NCBI GenBank assembly: GCA_903901225.1
Contig: CAIUQE010000009.1
Span: forward strand, 1-57,731
DNA: 57,731 nucleotides
Reading direction: 5' to 3'
DNA from: Candidatus Omnitrophota bacterium
GTDB taxonomy: Bacteria > Omnitrophota > Gorgyraeia > Zapsychrales > Fredricksoniimonadaceae
Shown: positions 21,920 through 31,789 of the stretch, in pieces
Layout of the letters: every line of letters begins with the position of its first letter
How positions within the stretch are numbered: the first letter of the stretch is position 1
The notes under the pieces: model-generated
The model's input: only the letters and a program-made list of their open reading frames with translations
Databases searched by the model: none
Told to the model about the DNA's origin: nothing
Position numbers and translations under genes: made by a program

Positions 21920-23146
21920 TCAGGTAAGTTCGGGAATTGCCGTTTTTTTCGGGACAATAACGATCCCGGAGGCCGTGACCGCGAAACGGGTACGGTCAAG
22001 TTCAAGGTCATAACCGATCCTCTCTCCCGCGGGGATCGTGACCTGCTTGTCGATGATGGCCTTCTTGATATGCGCGCCCTCACCAACAACGACACCATCC
22101 ATGAGGATGGAATCCTGCACGTGCGCGCCCTTGCGCACCATGACCTGAGAGGACAGGACGGAACGTTCGACAAGCCCGCCCTCGATGAAACACCCGGGGG
22201 ACACGATCGAATCAACGACCATGCCCGGCGTTTCGCCGCCCTTGGTGTCGCGCACGTTGCGCAGCGACATCGGCGGGTAGTGGGAATAGTGCGTGCGCAG
22301 GGGCCATTCTTTGTCATACAGGTCAAACGCCGGATGCAGGGTAACAAGGTCCATGTTGGCCTGGTAATACGCGTCGCGGGTCCCGATGTCGCGCCAGTAA
22401 TCCGACTGCTGGCCAAAATCATACGCGAGCACCTTTTTCTGCGACGCCACAAGCTTGGGGATGATGTTCTTGCCGAAATCATGGTCCGAGGTGCTGTCCG
22501 CCGCGTCGCGCTCAAGCTCGCTCACCAGCGTGCTGCCGTTGAAAAGGTAGATCCCCATCGACGCGAAGATATGGTCCGGTTCACCGGGAATGGTTTTGGG
22601 GACCTGCGGTTTTTCCTGGAACCCGCAGATGAAACCGCCCTGATCGACCTCGATCACGCCCAGCTGGGGCGACTCCCGCTTGGGCATCTTGATGCACGAA
22701 ACCGAGGCGTCCGCGCCGTGGTCGAGGTGCGCTTTGATCAGTTTCTGGTAATCCATCTTGTAGAGGTGGTCGCCGGCGAGGATCAGCACCAGGTCGGCGC
22801 CGTGGTCGTGAATGGCGTAAATGTTCTGGTAGATCGCGTCGGCCGTGCCCCGGTACCAGTCATCGCCCAGGCGCTGCTGGGCCGGGATCGGGTCAATGAA
22901 CTCGCCTAACTGGGAAGAGACAACATCCCACCCCGCGAGGATGTGCTTTTGCAGGGAGAATGATTTGTACTGGATAAGGACATAAATACGGCGCAGCCCT
23001 GAATTGATGCAATTGGAAAGGGTAAAATCAATGATGCGGTAGATCCCGCCGAAGGGGACCGCGGGTTTCGCGCGGTCGCGCGTCAGGGGGTTCAGGCGCT
23101 CGCCCTTGCCGCCCGCCAGGATAAATGTCAGGACGTTTCGCGTCAT
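21920..23146 (-). CDS. glgC: Glucose-1-phosphate adenylyltransferase
   Basis: LAGGKGERL.PLT..RAKPAVPFGG, WYRGTADA, YWRDIGT, beta-helix C-terminus. Confidence 0.97.
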   Translation of the reverse strand: MTRNVLTFILAGGKGERLNPLTRDRAKPAVPFGGIYRIIDFTLSNCINSGLRRIYVLIQYKSFSLQKHILAGWDVVSSQLGEFIDPIPAQQRLGDDWYRGTADAIYQNIYAIHDHGADLVLILAGDHLYKMDYQKLIKAHLDHGADASVSCIKMPKRESPQLGVIEVDQGGFICGFQEKPQVPKTIPGEPDHIFASMGIYLFNGSTLVSELERDAADSTSDHDFGKNIIPKLVASQKKVLAYDFGQQSDYWRDIGTRDAYYQANMDLVTLHPAFDLYDKEWPLRTHYSHYPPMSLRNVRDTKGGETPGMVVDSIVSPGCFIEGGLVERSVLSSQVMVRKGAHVQDSILMDGVVVGEGAHIKKAIIDKQVTIPAGERIGYDLELDRTRFAVTASGIVIVPKKTAIPELT

Positions 23147-25386
23147 GGTGCTTCCTTCCTTTTCAATTGCCGCCGTTTCACGTCAATGTCCTTCATTTTT
23201 TTCACCGCCTGCGCGTCATCAGGGTCGCGGGCCAGGGCCATCGCGTAGATCTTCGCGGCCCACTCCAGCTTCCCGGCGTCCTCGCAAAAACCGCCGATAG
23301 CGATGATCTCGGCCAGACCTTCTTGCAAGGGGAATATCCGCTGCTTCAATATATCATAAGCCTTTTGATATTGCTCTTTTTTGACGCACACTTTCGCGCG
23401 CACGTAAGGACCGGAAGGATCATCCGGGTTCTCCTCCAGGCGCTGGGCCTGTTCCAGGGCCCGCTCATATTCACCAAGGCCGACATAAGCAATGGCCATG
23501 CCACGGCGTAGTTTGCTATCACCTGGCTTTTGCAGGAGGGCCAGGCGGAAATTCTCGAAAGCTTTTTGATGGTCCTTTTTATCGGCGAAGATCTCGGCCT
23601 TCACCTTGAAAGCGTCCAATGAAGCCGGAGCGATCCTCAACGCGGCGTCGGCCTGGGCCACAGCTTGCTCGGGATAACCCATATCGCGCAGGAAGCCGGC
23701 CCGCGCCGTTTCCCGGTAAGGATTCACCTGGGCGGCGCCCAGGCGGCGGATATCCGAAACAAGCGGCGGCAGGGTTTTGAGGTCAATGGCGAACTTGCGG
23801 ATCAGCGCCGCGTTCTCGGGAATGTCGCGCAAATAGACCAGCCCGTCGTCGGCAAAATACACCAGCCGCCATTCCCGCTTCTTGTCAAAAAGATCCAGGA
23901 CGCTCTTGCCCGGACGCGTGTAGGCCGCGCCAAGCAACGCGGCTTTCAGATGATACCGCGCGACCGCCTCATCCAGGGCCTTCCCATCCCCGTCATCCCA
24001 GATCTTACGGTAGAACTGGAAGAACTTGTCGCCGTAAAGTTCCGTCCTCCCGTCGATGAACACCTTGATGCCGGGATACGCGCGGCCGACCAGGTAAGCC
24101 CCGGAATTGAAATCATTGAAAACGGGCCCCTTGATCCCGTTGCGGATCATAAAATCAACAGCTCCGTCGGGAAATGTCCGCTGGGCGACCCCCAAAAACT
24201 CGCTCTTGCGCTCGAATTTGTTGAAATCATAATACCCGTTCTGCGCCATGTCGCCGCCGTAATTCAGCAGGAAAACAATGAACGCGAGCTTGAACAGCCA
24301 GCCGGTCAACAGCTCGAACTCTTCCCTGACGAACCGCGCGGGGACCATGGCCTTAAGGTCCAGGGCCGCCGCGTTGAGCATGACCGCGATATACGCCATG
24401 ACCGAAAAATAGACCATGTTGCGCAGCGCCATGAGCGCGAAGGCGAGCACCAGCGCCCAGGCCAGCAGTAAGCCCAGGTTCAACCGGCGGATATTCAGGA
24501 TAAAACTGATGGCCGAAACAAGGATCAGTGTCTTGAAAGGCCCCTGCTGTCCAAAATCAAAAAACTTCGCCCACACGATGGATGGCTGCAACTCGGTGAT
24601 GTATTTGAAGAAAACCTTATGGCCGCCGGAAAGCTGCAACAGCACCTTCAACGGGTACACGGCACCCTTGAGTGTCAGCGGATTTACCAGCGTGGCCAGT
24701 ACGATAACGGCAAACGCGATCATAAGATGGCGATAACCCGTATCAGACAGCCGTCCCTCTTCCCGCCAGGCCGGCGGCAGGGAGCAATGCCGACGCGCGG
24801 CTTCCGCAACCAGAAAAAGGCCGGCAAGGACCGGCCCCCAGAAAAAATACCCGTGCATGTTGACCCACAGCACTTGCAGCACGGCCAGGACCGGCAAGGC
24901 CCAGCGCCGCTCCATGAACGAGGTAAGGATCATCAGGAAAAGGACGAAATACAGGACGCTGAAAAGATCAGGACGAACGGTAAATCGCGTCTGATAAACC
25001 TGCAGGACGCTGAACAAAAGCGGCAGGATGACAAGCTGGCGGTCACTGCGGTAGGTCCACAGCAAAAGGACCATGAACGTCGCAAGGACCATGAACGCCT
25101 GCATGTACAAGAGGCCGTCAAACCCGAAAACCGAACGTACCGCGTGGGCCACGACCTGGAAAAGCCACTCATGGTTGACCCAGGCGCGGCCGCTGATCGT
25201 CGCGGAAAGGATATCCTTCGCCGGGACATGGCCGGTGGCGGTGATGATCTCGCCCATCTTCAGGTGCAGCCACAGGTCAAGGTCCCTGACCTCGATCAGG
25301 CACGCGAACGCGACGATGGCGAACAGGACACCCAGCGCGAGCAGGCCAAAAAGGCGCGTCAACTGACGGTAAAAATCCAGGCTCAC
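23143..25386 (-). CDS. Multi-pass membrane protein (GT-C-like) with C-terminal TPRs
   Basis: DLWLHLKMGE, WVNHEWLFQ, about 12 TM segments, FIDGRTELYG, followed by TPR-like helices. Confidence 0.75.
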   Translation of the reverse strand: MSLDFYRQLTRLFGLLALGVLFAIVAFACLIEVRDLDLWLHLKMGEIITATGHVPAKDILSATISGRAWVNHEWLFQVVAHAVRSVFGFDGLLYMQAFMVLATFMVLLLWTYRSDRQLVILPLLFSVLQVYQTRFTVRPDLFSVLYFVLFLMILTSFMERRWALPVLAVLQVLWVNMHGYFFWGPVLAGLFLVAEAARRHCSLPPAWREEGRLSDTGYRHLMIAFAVIVLATLVNPLTLKGAVYPLKVLLQLSGGHKVFFKYITELQPSIVWAKFFDFGQQGPFKTLILVSAISFILNIRRLNLGLLLAWALVLAFALMALRNMVYFSVMAYIAVMLNAAALDLKAMVPARFVREEFELLTGWLFKLAFIVFLLNYGGDMAQNGYYDFNKFERKSEFLGVAQRTFPDGAVDFMIRNGIKGPVFNDFNSGAYLVGRAYPGIKVFIDGRTELYGDKFFQFYRKIWDDGDGKALDEAVARYHLKAALLGAAYTRPGKSVLDLFDKKREWRLVYFADDGLVYLRDIPENAALIRKFAIDLKTLPPLVSDIRRLGAAQVNPYRETARAGFLRDMGYPEQAVAQADAALRIAPASLDAFKVKAEIFADKKDHQKAFENFRLALLQKPGDSKLRRGMAIAYVGLGEYERALEQAQRLEENPDDPSGPYVRAKVCVKKEQYQKAYDILKQRIFPLQEGLAEIIAIGGFCEDAGKLEWAAKIYAMALARDPDDAQAVKKMKDIDVKRRQLKRKEAP

Positions 25387-26123
25387 GGGGCCACCTCGTA
25401 ATTGAACGCCGCCTGTATGAGCGCGCGGGTGTAAGGATGCGACGGGCGGTTGAACACCTCGTCCCGGTCCGCGTATTCCACGATCCGCCCGCCGGTCATC
25501 ACCGCGATCTTGCGGCTCAGCCGCCGGACCACGCGCAGGTTATGTGAAATGAAGAAGTACGTCATGCGCAATCGCTGCTGCAAGTCTTCAAGCATCAGGA
25601 CAATGTCTTTCTGAACAAGCACGTCGAGCGATGAAACCGCCTCATCAAGGATGAGGAGCGAGGGTTCCGTCATCAGGGCCCTGGCAATGGCAAGGCGCTG
25701 GCGTTCTCCGCCGGAAAACTCATGCGGATACCTGGAGAGGATATCCCGGGGCATGCGCACCAGGTCAAGGACCCGGCGCATGCGCGTCAGCCCTTCCCCG
25801 GTCGTCATGCGCGGCTCCAGGCGAAGCGCCTCATTAAGTATCGCGCGCACGGAATACCGCGGGTCCAGGCTCGAAAAAGGGTCCTGGAAGACCATGCGCA
25901 CCTGGCGGCAAAATTCACGGCGGCCCGGATGCCCGTGAAAAATGACCGTCCCCTTGTCAGGCGCGACAAGCCCCATGATGGCACGGGCCAGCGTGGTCTT
26001 GCCACAACCGGATTCTCCCACCAGCCCGAGGTTCTCACCGGCTCTGATGTCAAGGCTGACGCCGTCCAGGGCTTTCACCCCGCCGGGATACGTTTTGCAA
26101 AGGCCTTCGATCCGCAGGATCAT
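25383..26123 (-). CDS. Peptide/nickel ABC transporter ATP-binding protein (OppF/DppF-like)
   Basis: GESGCGKTT, FQDP, FSGGERQR, ILDEAVSSLD. Confidence 0.92.
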   Translation of the reverse strand: MILRIEGLCKTYPGGVKALDGVSLDIRAGENLGLVGESGCGKTTLARAIMGLVAPDKGTVIFHGHPGRREFCRQVRMVFQDPFSSLDPRYSVRAILNEALRLEPRMTTGEGLTRMRRVLDLVRMPRDILSRYPHEFSGGERQRLAIARALMTEPSLLILDEAVSSLDVLVQKDIVLMLEDLQQRLRMTYFFISHNLRVVRRLSRKIAVMTGGRIVEYADRDEVFNRPSHPYTRALIQAAFNYEVAP

Positions 26124-26124
26124 A

Positions 26125-26877
26125 TCACATCTCCTCCGCGGCCAACAACGCCTTCGCGTACGCGTGATCCGCGGGCACCACACGGCCCTGGGACAGGATC
26201 ACGGTCTCATCCGCCAGGCGCCGCACCATCCCCAGGTCATGCGCGATCAGGACGATGGAAACGCCAAGCTCCCGGCGAAGTTTGCGGAACAATGCCATCA
26301 CGCGGGCCTGGAGCGTCACATCGAGACTGCTCGTGGGCTCATCGGCCACAAGCAAACCCGGTCGCGCGCACAAAGCCAGGGCCAGCATCGCGCGCTGGCG
26401 CAGCCCGCCGGAAAGTTCATGCGGATAACACCCCGCGACCCGGCGCGGGTCGGGGACTTCGACCAGCGTGAGAAGATCAAGCATCTTCTGGCGCGCGAGC
26501 GTCCCGGCCGAGGGGTTATGCGCGGCCATGGCGGCCAGAATATGGTCGCCGATCGTGAACACAGGGTCAAACGCGCTCGACGCTTCCTGGAACGACATGC
26601 TGACGCGCGCCCCGCGCAGGCGGCGAAGTTCATCGGCATTCATGTTAAGGACATTGTGCCCTTCAAAGAGGATCTCTCCCGCCTTCACCTTCATCGCCGG
26701 AGGCACCAGCCCCAAAAGCGCGAGGGCCAGCGTGGTCTTGCCGCTGCCTGACCCGCCGACAATGCCCGTGATGCTTCCGCGCCCGACAGAAAAAGAAACA
26801 TCCTTGAGAATGGGCGTGAAAGGCTGCTCCCTTAACGTGACCGTTAACCCTTTGACCGCAAGCCGGACTTCGTTCAT
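26125..26877 (-). CDS. Peptide/nickel ABC transporter ATP-binding protein (OppD/DppD-like)
   Basis: GGSGSGKTT, YPHELSGGLRQR, ADEPTSSLD. Confidence 0.92.
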   Translation of the reverse strand: MNEVRLAVKGLTVTLREQPFTPILKDVSFSVGRGSITGIVGGSGSGKTTLALALLGLVPPAMKVKAGEILFEGHNVLNMNADELRRLRGARVSMSFQEASSAFDPVFTIGDHILAAMAAHNPSAGTLARQKMLDLLTLVEVPDPRRVAGCYPHELSGGLRQRAMLALALCARPGLLVADEPTSSLDVTLQARVMALFRKLRRELGVSIVLIAHDLGMVRRLADETVILSQGRVVPADHAYAKALLAAEEM

Positions 26878-27953
26878 GCGCCCTCCCCCCGGCCCTTGAG
26901 CAAAGGGTCCCACGCGTCGCGCCAGGCGTCGCCCACAAGATTGAAGCACATGACCGTGATCCCGATAAAGAACGCGGGCCACAGTATCCACGGAGCGAAT
27001 TGCAGGCGCACAATGCTCATGGCCTCGGAAAGCATGTTGCCCCAGCTCGCGTAAGGGTCCTGGATGCCAAGCCCGATCAAACTGAGCGCGGATTCTCCAA
27101 GGATATACCCCGGCACGGCGAGCGTCACCGCCGCCAGCGAGTACGAGATCGTATGCGGCAGTATATGGCGAACAATGATCTCCATATCACCAAGGCCCAT
27201 GGTCCGCGCGGCCAGCACATAGTCGCGCTCTTTCAGGGAAAGACACATCCCCCGGATAACGCGGGCCAGCCCGGCCCAGCCGATGAACGAAAGGATGATC
27301 GTGATCGCCGCGTAGATCTGCAACGAATTAAGGCTGTCGGGCACCGCCGCGCGCAGGGCCAGCAGGAGGTAAAAACCGGGGACCATCATCACCATTTCGC
27401 ACAGGCGCATCAGCACATTGTCGACAGGACCGCCGAAATACCCCGCGATCCCGCCCACAAGAAGTCCGATACCGAAAGAGATCAGGACCCCCAGCAACCC
27501 GATAGTCAAAGATACCCTTGCCCCGTGCAGGACGCGCGAAAAAATATCACGGCCGCGGCTGTCTGCCCCCAGAAGGTATATCCTCCCCGGTTCATCCACG
27601 GTAAAAAGATGCCGGTCCATGCGCATCAAACCCAGGAACTGATAAGATTCACCGCGCGCGAAAAACTTGACGGGATAAATGTCCCGCGTTTCATCGTAAG
27701 AACGCCGGCGGTATTTATCATAATGCATCGCCACCCCGCGCACATAAGGCCCGCTGAAACTCCCGTCGGCCGCGAAGAAATGCAGGGCCGTGGGCGGGCA
27801 ATAGGTATGCAGGCGCGATTCATCCCGCAACGCGTACGGCGCGATCACGTCGGCGAACAGCGTCAGCGCGTAAAGCAAGCCCAGGACGCCGAGCGCGATG
27901 AACGCCACGCGGTCACGCGCGAACCTCTGCCAGGCCAGCTGCATTTCACTCAT
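26874..27953 (-). CDS. Peptide ABC transporter permease (OppC/DppC-like)
   Basis: LGADSRGRDIFSR, DYVLAARTMG, HILPH, ILGESALSLIGLG. Confidence 0.93.
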   Translation of the reverse strand: MSEMQLAWQRFARDRVAFIALGVLGLLYALTLFADVIAPYALRDESRLHTYCPPTALHFFAADGSFSGPYVRGVAMHYDKYRRRSYDETRDIYPVKFFARGESYQFLGLMRMDRHLFTVDEPGRIYLLGADSRGRDIFSRVLHGARVSLTIGLLGVLISFGIGLLVGGIAGYFGGPVDNVLMRLCEMVMMVPGFYLLLALRAAVPDSLNSLQIYAAITIILSFIGWAGLARVIRGMCLSLKERDYVLAARTMGLGDMEIIVRHILPHTISYSLAAVTLAVPGYILGESALSLIGLGIQDPYASWGNMLSEAMSIVRLQFAPWILWPAFFIGITVMCFNLVGDAWRDAWDPLLKGRGEGA

Positions 27954-28912
27954 AGCTTTATCCTCGGGTCAGCTTTCGCCAGCGCGATGTCGGCCAGGAG
28001 ATTTCCCAGCACAAAGAGCGCCCCACCCATCATCATGCTCGCCATAACGAGGTAAATATCCTTGGAGCGCACCGCCGTGAGCATCAGACTCCCCAGCCCC
28101 GGCCAGCTGGTGATGATCTCCATGAGCGCCGCGCCGCTGAGCAGGGCCGAAAACTCATAGCCCAGCAGGGTGATCATGGGATTGATGGCGTTGCGCAGCG
28201 CGTGCACATAAATGACCCGTCGCTCCGGCAGGCCCCGCGCGCGCGCCGCGAGGATGTACGGGCGTTCCAGCACATCGAGCATGTTCCCGCGCATGAGTTT
28301 CTGCAGGGCCGCGATCGATCCCAGCGAAAGCGCCATGGCCGGTATTGCCAGATGTTCAAGGACATCCAATATCCTCGCCCATAACGGGAATTCACTCGCC
28401 CCGGGGCTTTCCATCCCGCCCAACGGCAGCCAGCCTGTCACGGCCGCGGCGTACAACAGGATCATGGCCACAAAAAAACCAGGCAAAGCCAGGACAACAT
28501 AGGAAATGAACTGCACCACGCGGTCCGGCCATTGCCCGCGGCGCAGGGCCGCCCATATCCCCAGAGGCAAAGCAAGCGTCCAGGTCAAAAGGAACGCGGC
28601 CAGTGAAAGGATGAACGTATTGCCCAGGCGGGAGGCAATGATCTTGGCCACCGGCACATTGTAATAGAACGAATATCCCAGTTCCCCGCGCGCCAGTCCG
28701 GCAAGCCAGTAAAGGTACTGCTGCCAGGCGGGCTTATCGAGCTGGTAAAGTTTTTCATAATACGCCAGCGTGTCACGGGAGATCTGCGGGTCCATGCGCA
28801 GGGTGTCGAGATAATTGCCGGGCGTCAGGCGCATGAGCATGAACGTCATGAAACTCATGACAAACAACAGGAACACGGCGGTCAACAGGCGTTTGAGGAT
28901 ATAACGGGTCAT
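27950..28912 (-). CDS. Peptide ABC transporter permease (OppB/DppB-like)
   Basis: YILKRLL, YILAARARGL, HALRNA, WPGLG. Confidence 0.93.
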   Translation of the reverse strand: MTRYILKRLLTAVFLLFVMSFMTFMLMRLTPGNYLDTLRMDPQISRDTLAYYEKLYQLDKPAWQQYLYWLAGLARGELGYSFYYNVPVAKIIASRLGNTFILSLAAFLLTWTLALPLGIWAALRRGQWPDRVVQFISYVVLALPGFFVAMILLYAAAVTGWLPLGGMESPGASEFPLWARILDVLEHLAIPAMALSLGSIAALQKLMRGNMLDVLERPYILAARARGLPERRVIYVHALRNAINPMITLLGYEFSALLSGAALMEIITSWPGLGSLMLTAVRSKDIYLVMASMMMGGALFVLGNLLADIALAKADPRIKL

Positions 28913-30651
28913 GGCTGCCTGATGTAGATCTCTTCGAGGTTGTGGAACACCCCGCCAAAAGGCGATGGCTTTAAATTGCCGAACCTGTCCTTCACCGCGG
29001 TCAGGCGGGCGCTGAGCGCGGTGTAGATCACGGGAAGCTGTTCAGCCACGATCTTCTGGTACGCGTCATAATACGCCTTGCGCCGCTCCTCGTCCATTTC
29101 CTGGACCGCGGCCGTAAAAATATCGTCCACTTCTTTTTCCCAGGCGGTGGCCGGCACCTTCTGCCGCGGCGACCACAGGTGAAGCTGGCCCGAGGAACGC
29201 CATACGTTCTGCCCGAAATGCGGATCAACACCGCCGGTCAGCCCGAGAACAATGGCATCCCAGTCACAACTTGAAGTCAACTTTGACACGAGGGTATTGA
29301 ATTCAACAAGCTGAAGATTCACCTTCATCCCGAGCCGCTCAAGGTCGCTGCGAATGATCGAAGCAATATCCGCGCGCTCCGTATTGTCCGCGTTCGTGTA
29401 AAGATTGAACTCCAGCTTCCGCCCCGAAGCGTCCTCAAGGACACCGTCACCATCCTTGTCCGTAAAGCCCATATCCTTCAACAACGCGCGCGCCGCGTCG
29501 AGATCGAAATCATATTTCTTCACATCGGCACAATAGAAAAATCCGGCCGCCGGGCTTTCGGGTGAGTCCTGGGGATACCCCAGCCCGTTCTTGACGATCT
29601 CGATGATCCGCCGCTTGTCGATGGCATGCGCCACGGCCTGCCGGAAGCGCAGGTCCATGAACCACGCGTGCTTCCAAGGCGCCACAAGGTCCTTGCCCGT
29701 CGTCGGATTGGCTCCCGCGTTCTGGTTGAACGTGATGAAATTGCTGCCCAGGTCCGGCCCCAGGTCGTAGACCGTGAACCCTTTTTCCTTCTCCCGCGGT
29801 TTCAGCAATGGAAAATCCATGCCACGCATCGCGTAGGCGTCAAGGCTGCCTTCCAGGAATTTCAGCAGCTCGACGTCGAGACTGGGGACAATGACATATT
29901 CGATCCTCTGGATATACGGAAGCTTGTCGCCTTGGTGTGACTTTTTCCAGTAATAAGGGTTCGGGATGAAAACCACCCTGCGGCCGGGCTGGTAGGCCGC
30001 CAGGACATACGGCCCTGTCCCCACAATATTCGACGGACGCGCGTCGACCCCCCAGGTGAAGTTGAATCTCTTCGCCTTGACCGCGGCGGCGAGCAGATGT
30101 TGGGGAAGTATCTCCTGCCCCAGGCTCCTCAAGAACGGCGCGAAGCGAACCGGCAGCGTGAAGCGCGCCGTGCGCGGGTCGATGGCCTCGACTTTGACCG
30201 GCTTGCCGTCGAGCGTGAAGATGTCGCGCGCGGAATTGGGGATGTCATCATTGAAAATAAGGTCATTGAACGTGAACGCCACATCCTGTGCCGTGAACGG
30301 CACGCCGTCCGACCATCGCAGGCCTTCACGCAAATGGAATGTCCACACCAACCCATCGGCACTGGCCTCCCAGCGCTCGGCCAGGTTCGGGATGACCTTG
30401 AGCGTAAAAGGGTCGGAGGTGGTCAGGCCTTCAAAGATATGCCCCGTGACCGCGGTGGTGGACGTTTCCTTGGCCAGGATAGGGTTCAGCGACCTCGGGT
30501 CGGATGTCAGGGCCAGGACAAGCGTCCCGCCATAACGGGCCTGCGGCTCTGAAGGCGCGGCTGAGGCCGCGGCATACGCCGGGCCTAAAAGAAAAGAGCA
30601 CAGCAGGATCGCTCCGGCTGTGCTCTTGATGGTCCTGAAGATATCCGTCAT
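28909..30651 (-). CDS. Peptide ABC transporter substrate-binding protein (family 5)
   Basis: Signal peptide, DPRSLNP, LAERWE, WSDGVPFTAQDVAFT, VGTGPY. Confidence 0.93.
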   Translation of the reverse strand: MTDIFRTIKSTAGAILLCSFLLGPAYAAASAAPSEPQARYGGTLVLALTSDPRSLNPILAKETSTTAVTGHIFEGLTTSDPFTLKVIPNLAERWEASADGLVWTFHLREGLRWSDGVPFTAQDVAFTFNDLIFNDDIPNSARDIFTLDGKPVKVEAIDPRTARFTLPVRFAPFLRSLGQEILPQHLLAAAVKAKRFNFTWGVDARPSNIVGTGPYVLAAYQPGRRVVFIPNPYYWKKSHQGDKLPYIQRIEYVIVPSLDVELLKFLEGSLDAYAMRGMDFPLLKPREKEKGFTVYDLGPDLGSNFITFNQNAGANPTTGKDLVAPWKHAWFMDLRFRQAVAHAIDKRRIIEIVKNGLGYPQDSPESPAAGFFYCADVKKYDFDLDAARALLKDMGFTDKDGDGVLEDASGRKLEFNLYTNADNTERADIASIIRSDLERLGMKVNLQLVEFNTLVSKLTSSCDWDAIVLGLTGGVDPHFGQNVWRSSGQLHLWSPRQKVPATAWEKEVDDIFTAAVQEMDEERRKAYYDAYQKIVAEQLPVIYTALSARLTAVKDRFGNLKPSPFGGVFHNLEEIYIRQP

Positions 30652-31001
30652 TTCTCGCTGTTGGTCGTCGCCGCGTTGATGACGATCGTCTGCACCGGCT
30701 TCTGGTCGAAAAGTTTCTCGACATTCACCGTCGCCGCGTGGCTGCGCCGGTCAGGCAGGTCTGACAGCAGGGAGCGCTGCTTCTTCGCCGTCATGATGGC
30801 AAGGCCGATGCAGGTGACCAGGAAAATAACGCACAGCGTGGTCGTTACCTTGACCATGAACATATTGGTCTGGGCACCGAGCAAATTTTCCGCCGAGTCA
30901 AACCCCTGGGCCAGCCCGCCGCCCTTGCCGGACTGCATGAGGATGGTGATGACCAGGAGGATGCAGGTAATGACATGAATTACGGTTACGAAAGTGATCA
31001 C
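30648..31001 (-). CDS. secG: Preprotein translocase subunit SecG
   Basis: ILMQSGKGGGLA, two TM segments, follows tpiA; GTG start inferred. Confidence 0.92.
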   Translation of the reverse strand: MITFVTVIHVITCILLVITILMQSGKGGGLAQGFDSAENLLGAQTNMFMVKVTTTLCVIFLVTCIGLAIMTAKKQRSLLSDLPDRRSHAATVNVEKLFDQKPVQTIVINAATTNSEK

Positions 31002-31011
31002 GACTATCCCC

Positions 31012-31767
31012 TTATTTTGTATTTCTGATGATCGCTGCGAATGAATCCACCTTGAGGCTCGCCCCGCCGACAAGCGCGCCGTCGATATCCGGCTGTGCCG
31101 TCAGTTCCGCCGTGTTCTCGGGCTTGACGCTGCCGCCGTACTGCAGGCGCGTGGCCTCGGCCGTGGCCTGGTCGAACAGCTTGACAAGAAGGTCACGGAT
31201 GAACTTGTGGACTTCCTGGGCCTGGGCTGAGGTGGCGGTCTTGCCCGTCCCGATGGCCCAGACAGGCTCATACGCGATGACAACCGTCTTCATGTCCTCT
31301 TTGGTCAAACCCGCGAGAGACCCCGTGATATGGTCTTTCACCACGTCAAAGGTCTTGCCGGCTTCACGCTCAGCGAGATTCTCTCCCACGCACACGATGG
31401 GGTTCAACCCGCACGCCAGCGCCGCTTTCAATCGCTTGTTGACGGTCCCGTTGGTCTCGCCGAAATACTGCCGGCGCTCGGAATGGCCGATGATGACATA
31501 GGTCGCGCCCGCGGCCTTGATCATGGCGCCCGAGATCTCTCCCGTGAACGCCCCTTCGGTCTCCCAGAAAAGATTCTGCGCGCCCAAAGCGATGGTCGAA
31601 CCCGCTGCCGCCTGGAGGGCCGCCGCCAGGTCAACGAACGGAGGACAAACAACGACCTCCACCGCGGACTGAGCGCCGATCTCCTGCTTCAACCCCGCCA
31701 CAAGCGCGAGGGCTTCCGCCGGGTTCTTGTACATCTTCCAGTTACCGGCAATGATCTTCTTTCTCAT
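31012..31767 (-). CDS. tpiA: Triosephosphate isomerase
   Basis: IAGNWKMYK, GHSERR, AYEPVWAIGTGK, YGGSV, GALVGGASL. Confidence 0.98.
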   Translation of the reverse strand: MRKKIIAGNWKMYKNPAEALALVAGLKQEIGAQSAVEVVVCPPFVDLAAALQAAAGSTIALGAQNLFWETEGAFTGEISGAMIKAAGATYVIIGHSERRQYFGETNGTVNKRLKAALACGLNPIVCVGENLAEREAGKTFDVVKDHITGSLAGLTKEDMKTVVIAYEPVWAIGTGKTATSAQAQEVHKFIRDLLVKLFDQATAEATRLQYGGSVKPENTAELTAQPDIDGALVGGASLKVDSFAAIIRNTK

Positions 31768-31789
31768 AAGTCTCCTGTTATCCTTTGCG

